Assembly (NCBI GenBank): GCA_963831135.1
Contig: CAWHPH010000035.1
Span: 8,704-72,703 of the forward strand
Direction: 5' to 3'
From: an uncultured Alphaproteobacteria bacterium
GTDB lineage: Bacteria > Pseudomonadota > Alphaproteobacteria > Rhizobiales > Xanthobacteraceae
Length of the DNA stretch: 64,000 nucleotides
Shown in pieces: positions 48,605 through 59,485 of the stretch (position 1 is the first letter of the stretch; the number at the start of each line of letters is the position of its first letter). A program made the translations under genes and the position numbers. The notes below the pieces were generated by a model. That model saw only the letters and a list, made by a program, of their open reading frames with translations. It was not told where the DNA came from and searched no databases.

Positions 48605-49262
48605 CGTCGCCTCATTCTTACAGCTATGCGCGGCACATGTGCGAAGTCATCTGCGCGAAGTCATGCAAACCGCAGGAGCAAGGAAAGCGCGCTGCAATCC
48701 CCTGATCGCCAAATCCACGCCGCGGCGAAGCTCGGAATCGGACAGGTTATTCTTAACCTAACGCGCGAGCTTAAAGAATTCGGAAATCCAATGTTGGGTT
48801 TTGGCGATGTGCGGCGTGGCACGGGGTTTGCGCACCAAAGACCGAAACTGGCTTTGACGTCCCGCTTTTGGGCGGCGGCGTGTCATTTCGGTACAGGAAA
48901 CGCAACAGGTGAGCACCGCCCTCGTCCCCGTCGCCATCCCCGTTGCCATGACCGATTCTCTAGCGCATCCCGGTTCCCCCAGCGGTCGGCCGCGCGCCGA
49001 TTTCCTCGCGCAATTGATCGCGACCGTTGCGCAAGCGCCGCAGACGCGGACGCGCCGGCGCGCCGAGCCGGCGGAAGCGGTGGCCGCTTATGGTGAGATC
49101 GAGCGCCGCCCGGCGCCGCAACGTCACGCTTTTTCGCGCTCGCTCTAACAAAGAGCGTGCAGTGGCCAGGCGAACTGCCGCTGCGAAACGTTTGCCTTTC
49201 ACCCCACCCCGCGCTCCCGCGGAGCGCGACCCTCCCCCTCCAGGGGAGGGTAAGCGAACGCT

Positions 49263-49673
49263 TCAGACCGCCCGGTCGGTCTCGATCTCGACCTGCCGCT
49301 GCGAGCTGCGGATGCTGACGATGAAGCCCACCAGGACGTCGACCAGGCCGATCATGGTCAGCAGAAAGAATGTCGACGTGCCGGCCTGACGCACCAGCAG
49401 AAACTCGACCAGCATCACGATGAACAGCGCCATCGCCAGGATGTGGTCGACGATCGAGCGCATCCCCATCCGCGTCGCTTTCATCATCTCGACCGCGAGC
49501 AAGAGGATGGCGAAGGCGATGAGCAGATCCTCCCAGGTCAGCACCCAGTCCTGACCCGACATCATCTGGATCGTCGCTACCGGCGTGGTCCAGCCGACGC
49601 CGGGGGTGAGAAACGCGATCATATTGTAAATAGCGAAGGGAATGAGAAGCAGAGGAAAGCCAAGAACAAACAT
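49263..49673 (-). CDS. conserved integral membrane protein
   Basis: 136 aa with four hydrophobic segments. Confidence 0.6.
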   Translation of the reverse strand: MFVLGFPLLLIPFAIYNMIAFLTPGVGWTTPVATIQMMSGQDWVLTWEDLLIAFAILLLAVEMMKATRMGMRSIVDHILAMALFIVMLVEFLLVRQAGTSTFFLLTMIGLVDVLVGFIVSIRSSQRQVEIETDRAV

Positions 49674-49960
49674 GCCGCGCGCCTCGTATTCAAAGCCGCA
49701 CTGAAATGTCCTTACCTCTCGCCAGTGCGGAGAGAGGCCGCCCCGGATGTGATCCGGGGTCGACGCCGGAGTTCAGCGAGGAAGAGGAAGTCGGAAACTG
49801 GGCGCGATCTGCCCGATCTGCCCGTGTGGTCCCTCTGTCCCCCGGCTTGCGCCGCCCCCTCGCAGCTTGTCCCGCGCGCGTCGCAGAAACGAAGTCCGAA
49901 AACGATCCCGGATCAGCGCTGCAGGATGTCGGCCGCAGCGCGTCCGGGAAACAAGCAATA

Positions 49961-50146
49961 CTAGGCTTCCGCCTTCTTGCTGAGCACTTGGCGGCCGCGA
50001 TACATGCCGGTCTTCAGATCGATATGGTGCGGCCGGCGCAGTTCGCCAGAATCCTTGTCCTCGACATAGGACGGGCGCTTGAGCGCGTCCGCCGACCGGC
50101 GCATGCCGCGTCGCGACGGTGATGTTTTTCTCTTCGGCACGGCCAT
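49961..50146 (-). CDS. rpmF: 50S ribosomal protein L32
   Basis: [18 protein letters not shown]. Confidence 0.93.
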   Translation of the reverse strand: MAVPKRKTSPSRRGMRRSADALKRPSYVEDKDSGELRRPHHIDLKTGMYRGRQVLSKKAEA

Positions 50147-50495
50147 GATGAAGGTCTCCTGATCCGGCTATCCTGGGATTGGCGGGCTTATAGAAGAACG
50201 GGCCGGCGGACGCAGTGCTCCGTTCGGATGTGACTGCCGCATCGGCTTTGCCTCACAATTATGTGGTGTCACGGTGCGTGCGGGATAATTTCCCTCGGCC
50301 TCAACTGGGGAAGGGGTATTCGTAGATGACGGGTGGCGCGAAATCTCTTCCTTGAACGTTTGATAGGGGCGACGGTGGTTTCGGTTTGTTGTCCCCGTTA
50401 TTTACGTTTTGATCGTATGCAGTGCGATTTAGAGGGCTAGCAATGGTAGGAAACATTGTTTATGGTGTTTTTGTGCCCAAATCGGATGACTCCGT

Positions 50496-50732
50496 ATGGA
50501 GCGAAAAAGCAGAGACTGGCAAGCTCTGGTTAAGGGCATTCTGAAGGCCGAACTTGCGCGCCGAGACCTGAGTTATGCTGACCTGGCTGAAAAGCTTGCG
50601 GAAGTCGGCGTGAAGGACAACAGACGCAATATCACAAATAAAGTTGGCCGCGGAAATTTCACTGCCGTGTTTTTCGTGCAATGCTTGCAAGCTATCGGCT
50701 GCGAGGCGATTCATTTGGAGGAGGGCCAATGA
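50496..50732 (+). CDS. DUF6471-like small HTH protein
   Basis: WQALVKGILKAELARRDLSYADLAEKLAEVGV...NKVGRGNFTAVFFVQCLQAIGC. ATGA overlap with the next gene. Confidence 0.6.
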   Translation: MERKSRDWQALVKGILKAELARRDLSYADLAEKLAEVGVKDNRRNITNKVGRGNFTAVFFVQCLQAIGCEAIHLEEGQ

Positions 50733-51148
50733 ACGTGCAGTGGCCGGTCCCGGTAGTGGCTCCGGCGCTCCCAAAGGCCGACAATACATCGGCTGCGCTG
50801 GCCGCGCTCCAGGTCGCCAACCTCTACTATCGCAGCACCGCTTGGCCCGAGCCTTTCGACGCGACCACGCATCGCCTGCACAAGGGCGACGCTCGTGATC
50901 TGTCTTGGCTGTCGGACAACTCGGTTCATTTGGTCGTGACTTCGCCTCCCTACTGGACGCTGAAACAGTACGAAAAGCGCGGTGGCCAACTTGGCGACGT
51001 TGCGGATTACGAGTCCTTTCTTGATGAGCTCGACAAAGTGTGGCGGGAATGCACGCGGGTTCTCGTCGAAGGCGGCCGGATATGCTGTGTGGTCGGTGAT
51101 GTCTGCATTCCTCGCAAACGCGATGGTCACCACCGGGTCATGCCGTAG
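50729..51148 (+). pseudogene. truncated N4/N6 DNA methyltransferase (SPPY motif only; motif I region missing)
   Basis: HLVVTSPPYWTLKQY...RICCVVGDVCIPRKR, then TAG after 139 aa. No FxGxG segment is found downstream in any frame. Confidence 0.7.
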
Positions 51149-51304
51149 CACGGTGACATTCAGGAGCGCGCCGCATTTCGCCCATCCGGCCGCCGACCTC
51201 GTCGGGGGGAAATTCCAGTGGGGAAGCCCAGCAAGCCTTGAAGCCCTTGAAGCGCTTCCGACGCTATCCTCGTCTAATGCCGGTTAGTCTCTCCGATGCG
51301 GTAG

Positions 51305-51907
51305 ATGATCTTCTCCAGCGACCGACCCAAGATTCCGGGCGGCTCGACTTACTGGCGACCTTTTGCGCGCGAAGGGCTGCCTGGCGTTCGGGGCGGCAAG
51401 GCCAACGAAGTCGGCATTCGCGGTTTAGGGCGTCAAAAGGATTGGGACCTCGCCTACGTGCTGGCCGGAAAGCCGCGCCTGCTCATTTCGCTCAAATCCA
51501 TCCTGAAAAACCTGTCGGGAGTGGTGCCAAATCGCCTTGATGACCTTATGGGCGAGGCCGCAAACGTGCAGCAATTATCGCCCGAAATCGTGATCGGTTA
51601 CGTGGTCATCATGGACGAGCACGAGGACTCGATGCGCCGCGACGGCAAGGGAACTTGGAGCGACCATTTCGAAGGCAATCTGAGCAGGATCGCCATACGC
51701 CGCGCGCCGCTCTGGAATCAAGGCGTTATCGAAGGCGCATGGCTCATTCGGATCAATAGCAGCCGACCGCCAGGTCAGCGCGTGACCAATGCTATCGACA
51801 TGGATGCGAAGGGAACGACGTTCTTTCGGGCGTTGCTTGACGAGCTTTATCTGCGGGAGCCGACCTTGCGGCCCGTCCAGGCCGCACCGCCTCCCGAAGC
51901 CCGTTGA
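51305..51907 (+). CDS. hypothetical protein, possible PD-(D/E)xK restriction endonuclease remnant
   Basis: DWDLAY...LLISLKS pattern. An upstream ORF in another frame (51238..) may be its original N-terminus. Weak call. Confidence 0.35.
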   Translation: MIFSSDRPKIPGGSTYWRPFAREGLPGVRGGKANEVGIRGLGRQKDWDLAYVLAGKPRLLISLKSILKNLSGVVPNRLDDLMGEAANVQQLSPEIVIGYVVIMDEHEDSMRRDGKGTWSDHFEGNLSRIAIRRAPLWNQGVIEGAWLIRINSSRPPGQRVTNAIDMDAKGTTFFRALLDELYLREPTLRPVQAAPPPEAR

Positions 51908-51912
51908 GACAG

Positions 51913-52635
51913 CTAAATAATTTCGCATAATTCGGCAATCTGAAGCTCAAAATGCGCGCGCGACGGCGCGCGCGGGCGAATGCAGGCATCGAGGGCCGGA
52001 TGGGCGGCGGCGCGGCGTTCGTAGAGGCCGGCGACCCGGCGCAACGGCTGGCTGGGCGTGCGCGCGCTGCGGTGAAGCGGGTTGGGAAGAACGGCCGCGA
52101 GTTCCGCCGATTCCCGGGGCGTCAGCTCGTGCGCCGACTTGCCGAATGCGTAGCGGGCGCCGGCCTCCGCCCCGAACTCGCCATTCGGGCCCCATTCGGC
52201 GATGTTGAGATAGATTTCAAGCACGCGGCGCTTGGGCAGCACCATGTAGATCCACAGCGCCAGCGGCACTTCCAGTGCCTTGCGCACGAAGCTGCGGCCC
52301 TGCCACAGGAAAAGGTTCTTGGCGGTCTGTTGGGTGATGGTGGAGCCGCCGCGCGCTTCCTGCAGATCTTCGTCGGCCTGCTGCAAGGCCTCGCGGATGG
52401 CGCCCAAGTCGATGCCGCGATTGCGGCAGAAACTGCCGTCCTCGGCGATGATCACGGTGAGCGGCAGACTCGGTGCCATGCGGCTGAGCGGCATATAGAC
52501 GCGCTCGACCCGGCTGCCGGTGATAAAGCGCCACAGCATCGACGTCGAAACCGGCTCACCGAATCGGTAGAGCGGCACAATCAGATAAGGCAGCGCCAGC
52601 AGGATCAGAACGATAACCGCAATGGCCACAAGCAT
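51913..52635 (-). CDS. mtgA: monofunctional biosynthetic peptidoglycan transglycosylase
   Basis: [15 protein letters not shown]...[15 protein letters not shown]...[13 protein letters not shown]. Start is ATG 52635 (alternative GTG 52668). Confidence 0.88.
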   Translation of the reverse strand: MLVAIAVIVLILLALPYLIVPLYRFGEPVSTSMLWRFITGSRVERVYMPLSRMAPSLPLTVIIAEDGSFCRNRGIDLGAIREALQQADEDLQEARGGSTITQQTAKNLFLWQGRSFVRKALEVPLALWIYMVLPKRRVLEIYLNIAEWGPNGEFGAEAGARYAFGKSAHELTPRESAELAAVLPNPLHRSARTPSQPLRRVAGLYERRAAAHPALDACIRPRAPSRAHFELQIAELCEII

Positions 52636-52763
52636 GCGGCGCAGACCTGCCGGCAGGGAGGGGCGCACTAGAGCGCATCCCGATCTGGGTGAATGTGCTC
52701 TCGATTCTTGCGTGGTCGCATGTCCTTTTCGGAAAACCGGTTTCCACTTTTCCGGGACATGCT

Positions 52764-53081
52764 TTAGTTGCGCGCATAGCCAATGAGCGGCTTCTTCTTG
52801 CGCCCGAGCAGGATCAGGATCATCGCGATGATGGCGAGCACGCCCCAGGCCGGCAGGTCGAAGGCCGTTTGCATATAGGGGTCCCAGGCCCAGGTCGCTT
52901 TCTGCCGAAGCCAGTTCTGCGCCAGGTTGAGGCTGTTCTGATCGACCATCGCCCAAACTTCCCCGAGTTTGGCATAGACCATGTGCTGGTTGGCGATCGA
53001 CTTGGTCCCGTCATAGACAAACAGCACAAACGCTGTTGCCAACACGCAGAGGCCGATAAGGCGCAACAGAAATCTGATCAT
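52764..53081 (-). CDS. small membrane protein
   Basis: 105 aa with hydrophobic N- and C-terminal segments. Confidence 0.55.
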   Translation of the reverse strand: MIRFLLRLIGLCVLATAFVLFVYDGTKSIANQHMVYAKLGEVWAMVDQNSLNLAQNWLRQKATWAWDPYMQTAFDLPAWGVLAIIAMILILLGRKKKPLIGYARN

Positions 53082-53330
53082 GGGCGGGGCAGCAATCTGC
53101 AGGCGGCGGGGCAGATGCAGGAATTACCCTGTCAAATCCTCGCGTTCAATGTCTGGTTTGTTCACTGTTCATTGTTTGGGCTCTCTTAATGTCCTTGCCT
53201 GATGAGTACGGCGCTTTTGGCACCGTTGCTATGCGCCGCGCGGCCATCCCTTGAGCAGGAGCCATGCCTTCCGCTAACGTTCCGCGCACCGCAAGGCTAA
53301 ACTGCCGTCGCTTCTCACCAAGGAATTGAA

Positions 53331-55610
53331 ATGGCTACGAAATCCGGCGGCCGCTCGCACCGGCCGACTTTTACCGATCAGGAGGCTTTGCTGTTTCACA
53401 GCCAAGGCCGGCCGGGAAAGCTCGAAGTCGTGGCCACCAAGCCCATGGCGACGCAGCGCGATCTGTCGCTCGCCTATTCGCCCGGTGTTGCCGTACCGGT
53501 GCTGGCGATCGCCGAGGATGAAAGCCGCGCCTACGACTATACGACCAAGGGCAATTTCGTCGCCGTGATCACCAACGGCACGGCGATTCTCGGGCTCGGC
53601 AATCGCGGCGCGCTCGCCGCCAAGCCGGTGATGGAAGGCAAGGCGGTGCTGTTCAAGCGCTTCGCCGACATCGATTCGATCGATCTCGAAGTCTCGACCG
53701 AGGATCCCGATGAATTCATCAACTGCGTCAAGGTGCTCGGCAAAAGCTGGGGCGGCATCAATCTCGAGGATATCAAGGCGCCGGAGTGCTTCATCATCGA
53801 GCAAAAGCTGCGCGAATTGCTCGACATTCCGGTCTTCCATGACGATCAGCACGGCACCGCCATCATCGCCGCGGCCGGGCTGATCAATGCGCTTGAACTC
53901 ACCGGCCGCGAGATCAAAAACACCAAGGTCGTCTGCAACGGCGCCGGCGCCGCCGGCATCGCCTGTCTGGAGCTTCTGCGCGCCATCGGCTTTCGGCCGG
54001 AAAATCTCGTCCTCTGCGACACCAAGGGCGTGATTTACGAAGGCCGCACCGAGGGCATGAACCAGTGGAAGTCGGGGTTTGCAGTCAAGACCGACGCGCG
54101 CACCCTCACCGACGCCTTGGTCGGCGCCGACGTGTTCTTCGGCCTTTCGGCCAAGGGCGCGGTGACGCAGGACATGGTGAAGGGGATGGCGGAGAAGCCG
54201 ATCATCTTCGCCATGGCCAATCCGGATCCGGAGATCACCGTTGAGGATGTGGCCGCCGTACGCTCGGACGCCATCATGGCCACCGGCCGCTCCGACTATC
54301 CGAACCAGATCAACAACGTGCTTGGCTTTCCCTACATCTTCCGCGGCGCGCTCGACGTGCGGGCGCGCGCGATCAACATGGAGATGAAGATCGCGGCCGC
54401 GCACGCGCTCGCTCAATTGGCGCGCGAGGACGTGCCCGACGAGGTCGCCGCCGCTTATGGCGCGCGGCCGAAATACGGGCCCGATTACATCATCCCGGTG
54501 CCGTTTGATCCCCGGCTCATCGCAACCATCCCGCCGGCGGTGGCGCAGGCGGCGATGGATTCGAAAGTCGCGCGCCGCCCGATCGTCGACATGGAAGCCT
54601 ACCGGCAGCAATTACGCATGCGGCTCGATCCCATCGCCGGCGTGCTGCAGCGGGTGTTCCAGCGCCTGCGCCGGCAGCCCCGCCGCGTCGTCTTCGCCGA
54701 GGGCGAGGAGGAGCAGGTGATCCGCGCGGCCGCTTCGTTCGTGCAGCAGGGCCTTGGCAGCGCGTTGCTGGTCGGGCGCGAGGCGCGGGTGCGCGCGACC
54801 GCGGAGGCAACCGGCGTCGAGCTCGGCGGCGGCATCGAGATCATCAACGCGGCTCTGTCGTCGCGCAACGCGGCCTATGCCGCTTATCTGTACGAGCGGC
54901 TGCAGCGCCACGGCTATCTGCAGCGCGATTGCCAGCGGCTGGTGAATACCGATCGCAATCACTTCGCCGCCTGCATGGTGGCGCTCGGCGATGCCGATGC
55001 GATGGTGACCGGCGTCACCCGCAATTTCTCGGTCGCGCTCGAGGACGTGCAGCGCTGCATCGATCCGAAGCCGGGCCATCGCGTCATCGGCGTGTCGCTC
55101 GTTTTGGCGCGCGGGCGCACCGTTCTGGTTGCCGACACCGCCGTCACCGAAATGCCGGACGCCGCCGACATCGCCGATATCGCCGTCGAAGCGGCGCGGG
55201 TGGCGCGCGCGCTCGGCTACGAGCCGCGGCTCGCTTTGCTCGCCTTCTCGACCTTCGGCCATCCGCCGGGCGAGCGGTCGGAGCGCGTGCAGGAGGCCGT
55301 GCGCCTCCTCGACAAGCAGCGCGTGGATTTCGAGTATGACGGCGAGATGGCGGCCGACGTGGCGCTGAACATGGAGCTGCGCGAGGCCTATCCGTTCTGC
55401 CGGCTGTCCGGGCCCGCCAATGTGCTGATCATGCCGGCATTCCACTCGGCCTCGATCTCCACCAAGATGCTGCAGGAACTCGGCGGCGCCACGGTGATCG
55501 GCCCGCTGCTGGTCGGGCTCGACCGCTCGGTGCAGATCGTGCAGCTCGGCGCCAACGACTCCCAGCTGGTCAATATGGCGGCGCTCGCGGCCTATAATAT
55601 CAGCGGATAG
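53331..55610 (+). CDS. maeB: NADP-dependent malic enzyme (malic + PTA-like domains)
   Basis: 759 aa. LSLAYSPGVA...FNDDQHGTAII-like (VFHDDQHGTAII). Confidence 0.92.
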   Translation: MATKSGGRSHRPTFTDQEALLFHSQGRPGKLEVVATKPMATQRDLSLAYSPGVAVPVLAIAEDESRAYDYTTKGNFVAVITNGTAILGLGNRGALAAKPVMEGKAVLFKRFADIDSIDLEVSTEDPDEFINCVKVLGKSWGGINLEDIKAPECFIIEQKLRELLDIPVFHDDQHGTAIIAAAGLINALELTGREIKNTKVVCNGAGAAGIACLELLRAIGFRPENLVLCDTKGVIYEGRTEGMNQWKSGFAVKTDARTLTDALVGADVFFGLSAKGAVTQDMVKGMAEKPIIFAMANPDPEITVEDVAAVRSDAIMATGRSDYPNQINNVLGFPYIFRGALDVRARAINMEMKIAAAHALAQLAREDVPDEVAAAYGARPKYGPDYIIPVPFDPRLIATIPPAVAQAAMDSKVARRPIVDMEAYRQQLRMRLDPIAGVLQRVFQRLRRQPRRVVFAEGEEEQVIRAAASFVQQGLGSALLVGREARVRATAEATGVELGGGIEIINAALSSRNAAYAAYLYERLQRHGYLQRDCQRLVNTDRNHFAACMVALGDADAMVTGVTRNFSVALEDVQRCIDPKPGHRVIGVSLVLARGRTVLVADTAVTEMPDAADIADIAVEAARVARALGYEPRLALLAFSTFGHPPGERSERVQEAVRLLDKQRVDFEYDGEMAADVALNMELREAYPFCRLSGPANVLIMPAFHSASISTKMLQELGGATVIGPLLVGLDRSVQIVQLGANDSQLVNMAALAAYNISG

Positions 55611-55611
55611 A

Positions 55612-55735
55612 GCATGATCCGGAAAAAGCCTGCCCCGGACTTGATCCGGGGTGGAAACCGGTTTTTCCGAAAAGATCATGCTCCACCAAAAAGTTAGAGC
55701 GCCAATCGTTTCGACCTGAAGAGATTGGCGCCCTG
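55612..55735. repeat. dispersed REP-like element (copy B) with two hairpins
   Basis: CCCCGGA-cttga-TCCGGGG (55633-55651) and GCGCCAATC-N15-GATTGGCGC (55699-55731). The core gtggaaaccggtttttccgaaaagatcatgc recurs inverted at about 52690-52765. Confidence 0.7.
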
Positions 55736-55890
55736 ATGCCGCTTCCGCCAATCGCCGGAAATCGCGGCTGCCGATTTACGACCCCGAAACCAGTGTCGGA
55801 TAAGACACATAGCCCGCGTATCCCGGCTTAGCAGTGCAGTGCTGCGCACCGCACCGCATCCGGGAAATGCGTGCGAGAAGTGCCTCAACC

Positions 55891-56688
55891 ATGAAACACG
55901 AGCTCCCCCAGCCACCCCTAGCCCTCGAAGTCCGCGGGCTGGTCAAACGCTTCGACCGCCCCGCCGTCGACGGCCTCGAGCTCGCGGTCCGCACCGGCGA
56001 ATTCTACGCGCTGCTCGGCCCCAATGGCGCCGGCAAGACCACCACCTTGCGCATGATCGCGGGTTTGCTGCGTCCCGATTCCGGCTCAATCCGCATCGCC
56101 GGCATCGACGCGCTCGCCGATCCGGTCGCCGCCAAGCGCGTGACCGCCTGGATTTCCGACGAGCCGATGACCTACGACAAGCTCACGCCCGAGGAATATC
56201 TGGAATTCGTCGCCGGACTCTGGGGCGTCGAGCCTTCGCTCGCCGAGGCGCGTGCGCGCGAGCTTTTGGACTGGCTCGGGCTATTGCCGCACGCGCGCGA
56301 GCGCTGCGAGACTTTCTCGAAAGGCATGCGCCAGAAAGTAGCGCTCGCTGGCGCGCTGGTGCACGAGCCGCGCCTGATCATCCTCGACGAGCCGCTCACC
56401 GGGCTCGACGCCGGCTCCGCGCGCCAGGTCAAGAACGTGCTGCGCGAGCGCGCGCGCTCGGGCGGCACCGTGCTGATGACGACGCACATCCTGGAAGTCG
56501 CCGAGCGCATGGCGGACCGCATCGGCGTCATCGCCCACGGCAAGCTCATCGCCGAAGGCACGCTCGAGGAATTGCGCCGGCAGGCGGGCAGCAACGGCAC
56601 CGGCACTGGCGCCGGCGCGGTCGACGGCAATGCGAGCCTCGAGGACACGTTCCTCGCGCTCGTCGCCGAGGCGGCGGAAGCAGCGTGA
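55891..56688 (+). CDS. ABC transporter ATP-binding protein
   Basis: LLGPNGAGKTTTL, FSKGMRQKVALAGAL, LIILDEP. Confidence 0.9.
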   Translation: MKHELPQPPLALEVRGLVKRFDRPAVDGLELAVRTGEFYALLGPNGAGKTTTLRMIAGLLRPDSGSIRIAGIDALADPVAAKRVTAWISDEPMTYDKLTPEEYLEFVAGLWGVEPSLAEARARELLDWLGLLPHARERCETFSKGMRQKVALAGALVHEPRLIILDEPLTGLDAGSARQVKNVLRERARSGGTVLMTTHILEVAERMADRIGVIAHGKLIAEGTLEELRRQAGSNGTGTGAGAVDGNASLEDTFLALVAEAAEAA

Positions 56689-56821
56689 AGCCGTTTCGGA
56701 TCAATCCGGAAACCGCGTAGCGGCTATCCGGAATCATAACCACGATTGGTACGGAATTATCTACTCTCGTGGCTATGGATTCCGGTCGCGCTCGCGCGCC
56801 CGAACGCATGAGTCACCTCCC

Positions 56822-58349
56822 ATGACCCAGCCCGGCACGGCCGTCTGGTTCGCCCGGCACGAATCGCGGCTCGCGTGGCGCGATTGGGTGGCGATGATGA
56901 CCGCCGGAAAGGCGGCGCGTCGCCGCCGCGTCGCGCTCGGCATTCTCGCTTTCGTCATCGGCATGCATGCGGTCGCCTATTTCGTGGTCGGCGGTTTCGC
57001 CGCGGCCGCGCCCGACAAGCCCATGTTCATCGCCATCACCGCGACGGTTCTGCTGTCGTGGCTTCTGATGGTGTCGCAGGCGACGGAATCGATCACGCGC
57101 GCCTTCTACGCGCGCGCCGATCTCGATCTCATTCTCGCGTCGCCGGTCGCCGCGCAGGAATTATTCGCCGTGCGCATCGCGACCGTTGCGCTCGCGATCG
57201 CCGCGATGGCGCTGCCGCTCGCGGGGCCGTTCATCGACATGCTCGCCTTCCTTGGCGGCTGGCATTGGCTCGGCGCGTATGGCGTGATCCTCGCGATGGG
57301 CGCGGCGGCGACGGCGGTGGCGGTCGCGCTCACGGTGGCGCTGTTCCGCGCCATCGGGCCGAAGCGCACGCGGCTGGTCGCGCAGGTGCTGGCCGCGATC
57401 ATCGGCGCCGCCTTCGTCATCGGCCTGCAGGTCGCGGCAATCCTCTCCTACGGCACGCTCTCGCGCAGCGACGTGCTGCAATCGAAAACGCTCGCGGCGC
57501 TCGCGCCCGGCCTCGACAGCGTCTTGTGGTGGCCGGCGCGCGCCGTGCTCGGCGATCTCACCGCGCTTGCCGGCGTCGTGGCCGCAAGCTTCATCCTCCT
57601 GGCCGCCGTCATTGCGCTCGTCGCGCCGCGCTTCGGCGATTACGCCATGGCCGCGTCCGGCGCCGGCGCCACGCCGGCGGTCGCGCGCCCGCGGTACGAG
57701 CGGCTTCCGGGTTGCATCGCCGCGTGCCGCGCTCCGCCGCAAGGAATGGCTTCTTCTTCGCCGCGATCCCTGGCTCGCCTCGCAGACGCTGATGCAGATG
57801 CTTTATCTGCTGCCGCCGGCGATCCTGCTCTGGAAGAGCTTCGAAGGCGGCGGCGGCGCGCTCAATCTGCTGGTGCCGGTCCTGGTGATGGCGGCGGGCC
57901 AGCTCGCCGGCGGCCTCGCCTGGCTGTCCATCTCCGGCGAGGACGCGCCCGATCTTGTCGCCACGGCGCCGATCCCACAGCGTTTCGTGCTGCGCGCCAA
58001 GGTCGAGGCGGTGATCGCGATCATCGCAGCGATCTTCGGCCCGCTGGTCGTGGTGATCGCCATCGCCTCGCTTTGGCATGCCGCCATCACCGCCGCCGGC
58101 ATCGTCATTGCCGCATCGGCTGCGACCGCGATCCAGCTCTGGTTCCGCACCCAGGCCAAGCGCAGCCAATTCCGCCGCCGGCAGATTTCCTCACGCGTCG
58201 CCACTTTTGCGGAGGCCTTTTCCTCGATCGGCTGGGCCGCCACCGCCGCGGTCGCCGCGGTCAATCTCTGGCTCGCAATTCCGCCCGGCCTGATCGCGCT
58301 CGCCGTGCTCGTCGGCACGCGTATCCTGGCGCCGCGCGGGCGGGAGTAG
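56822..58349 (+). pseudogene. ABC-2-type permease-like membrane protein with a frame break near 57690-57720
   Basis: The N-terminal half is in the frame of ORF 56630..58846 (MTQPGTAVWF...). The C-terminal half is in the frame of ORF 57567..58349 (LRRKEWLLLRRDPWL...). Confidence 0.65.
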
Positions 58350-58435
58350 TTCGTCATTGCGAGGAGCGAAGCGACGAAGCAATCCACAACCCGCGCCGTG
58401 AAACTGGATTGCTTCGCTTCGCTCGCAATGACGAA
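58350..58435. repeat. long imperfect palindrome (REP-like) filling the gap between convergent stops
   Basis: ttcgtcattgcgaggagcgaagcgacgaagcaatcca ... tggattgcttcgcttcgctcgcaatgacgaa. Confidence 0.8.
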
Positions 58436-58437
58436 GA

Positions 58438-59232
58438 CTACCGCAGCGCCACCAGCAGAATAACGATCTCGCTCACCTGCTCGACCGCGCCGAGCACGTC
58501 GCCGGTCTGGCCGCCGATCTGCCGCTGGCTGAGCCAGGCGAGCAGCGACACCGCGATCGCCAGCGCCACCACCGCGATCAGCGCATGCGCAAGCCCGAGG
58601 CAGAACAGCAGCGCCAGGAATCCGAGCGCAGCGGCGATCGCGACCCGCGTGCCCGAAGGCCGCCCCGCCGTGAACGCAAGCCCGTCCGTGCGCGCGGCCG
58701 GAAGAAAGAACATCACCAGCGGCATCACCGCGCGCGCGCCGGCATGCGCCGCGATCAGCGCCGGTGCCACCAGCACCGGATCGGTGAGGCTTGCGATCGC
58801 GTCGGCGCGCACGAGCAGCGACACGATCAGCGCGCACACGCCGTAGGTGCCGATCCGGCTGTCGCGCATGATTTCGAGCTTGCGTTCGCGGGTGTCGCCG
58901 CCGCCGAAGCCGTCGGCGGTGTCGGCGAGCCCGTCCTCATGCAGCGCGCCGGTGACAAGAAGCGTCGCGGCGACGGTGAGCGCCGCCGCCGGCCAGGCGA
59001 ACATCACGAGGCGATGCGCCAGCGCATAGGCCAACGCGCCGATCAGGCCGATCACGAAGCCCGCGAGCGGAAACGCCCAGACGGCTTGCGCTAGATTCGT
59101 GTGCCCGGCAGCGCCGCCGGCCCCCTCATGCCGCGGCAGCGGCAGCCGCGTCAGAAACAGGATGCTGGCCGACAACTCGCCGACCGGCGCGGCCAGCCGC
59201 TCTCCCCATTCGCGCCATTCACCGGATGCCAT
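58438..59232 (-). CDS. cobS: adenosylcobinamide-GDP ribazoletransferase
   Basis: FLTRLPLP...[18 protein letters not shown]...DSRIGTYG. Confidence 0.88.
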   Translation of the reverse strand: MASGEWREWGERLAAPVGELSASILFLTRLPLPRHEGAGGAAGHTNLAQAVWAFPLAGFVIGLIGALAYALAHRLVMFAWPAAALTVAATLLVTGALHEDGLADTADGFGGGDTRERKLEIMRDSRIGTYGVCALIVSLLVRADAIASLTDPVLVAPALIAAHAGARAVMPLVMFFLPAARTDGLAFTAGRPSGTRVAIAAALGFLALLFCLGLAHALIAVVALAIAVSLLAWLSQRQIGGQTGDVLGAVEQVSEIVILLVALR

Positions 59233-59485
59233 CGTCCCCTCACCCCGGGCCATCACGGGAATGTTGGCCGGACTTGAACAGGTTTGCTACAGCATAATCC
59301 GAAACGAGCTGAGCTGTCTTTCGTACCATCCAAGTCGGCTGTTGCCGACTTGGAGACGTAAGCATTCTCGAAATCGGGTAAACCGATTTCGGTTCGCGCT
59401 TCGGCCGCATCCTTCGAGGCTCGCTTCGCCCGCACCTCAGGATGACGGACGACAGTCCGCGAGTGCCGCAAAGGATAATCGCCCC

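Noticed and set aside
48909-49148. 79-aa ORF upstream of the membrane protein gene
   Set aside because: It has a non-ATG start, is low complexity and Arg/Ala-rich, and has no motif. There is not enough evidence to list it as a gene.
59257-59485. Cobalamin riboswitch in the cobS-cobT divergent gap
   Set aside because: I found two perfect hairpins (CCAAGTCGGC-tgtt-GCCGACTTGG; CGAAATCGG-gtaaa-CCGATTTCG) and a REP-like unit. I did not find a recognisable B12-box. A covariance-model scan would be needed to decide.
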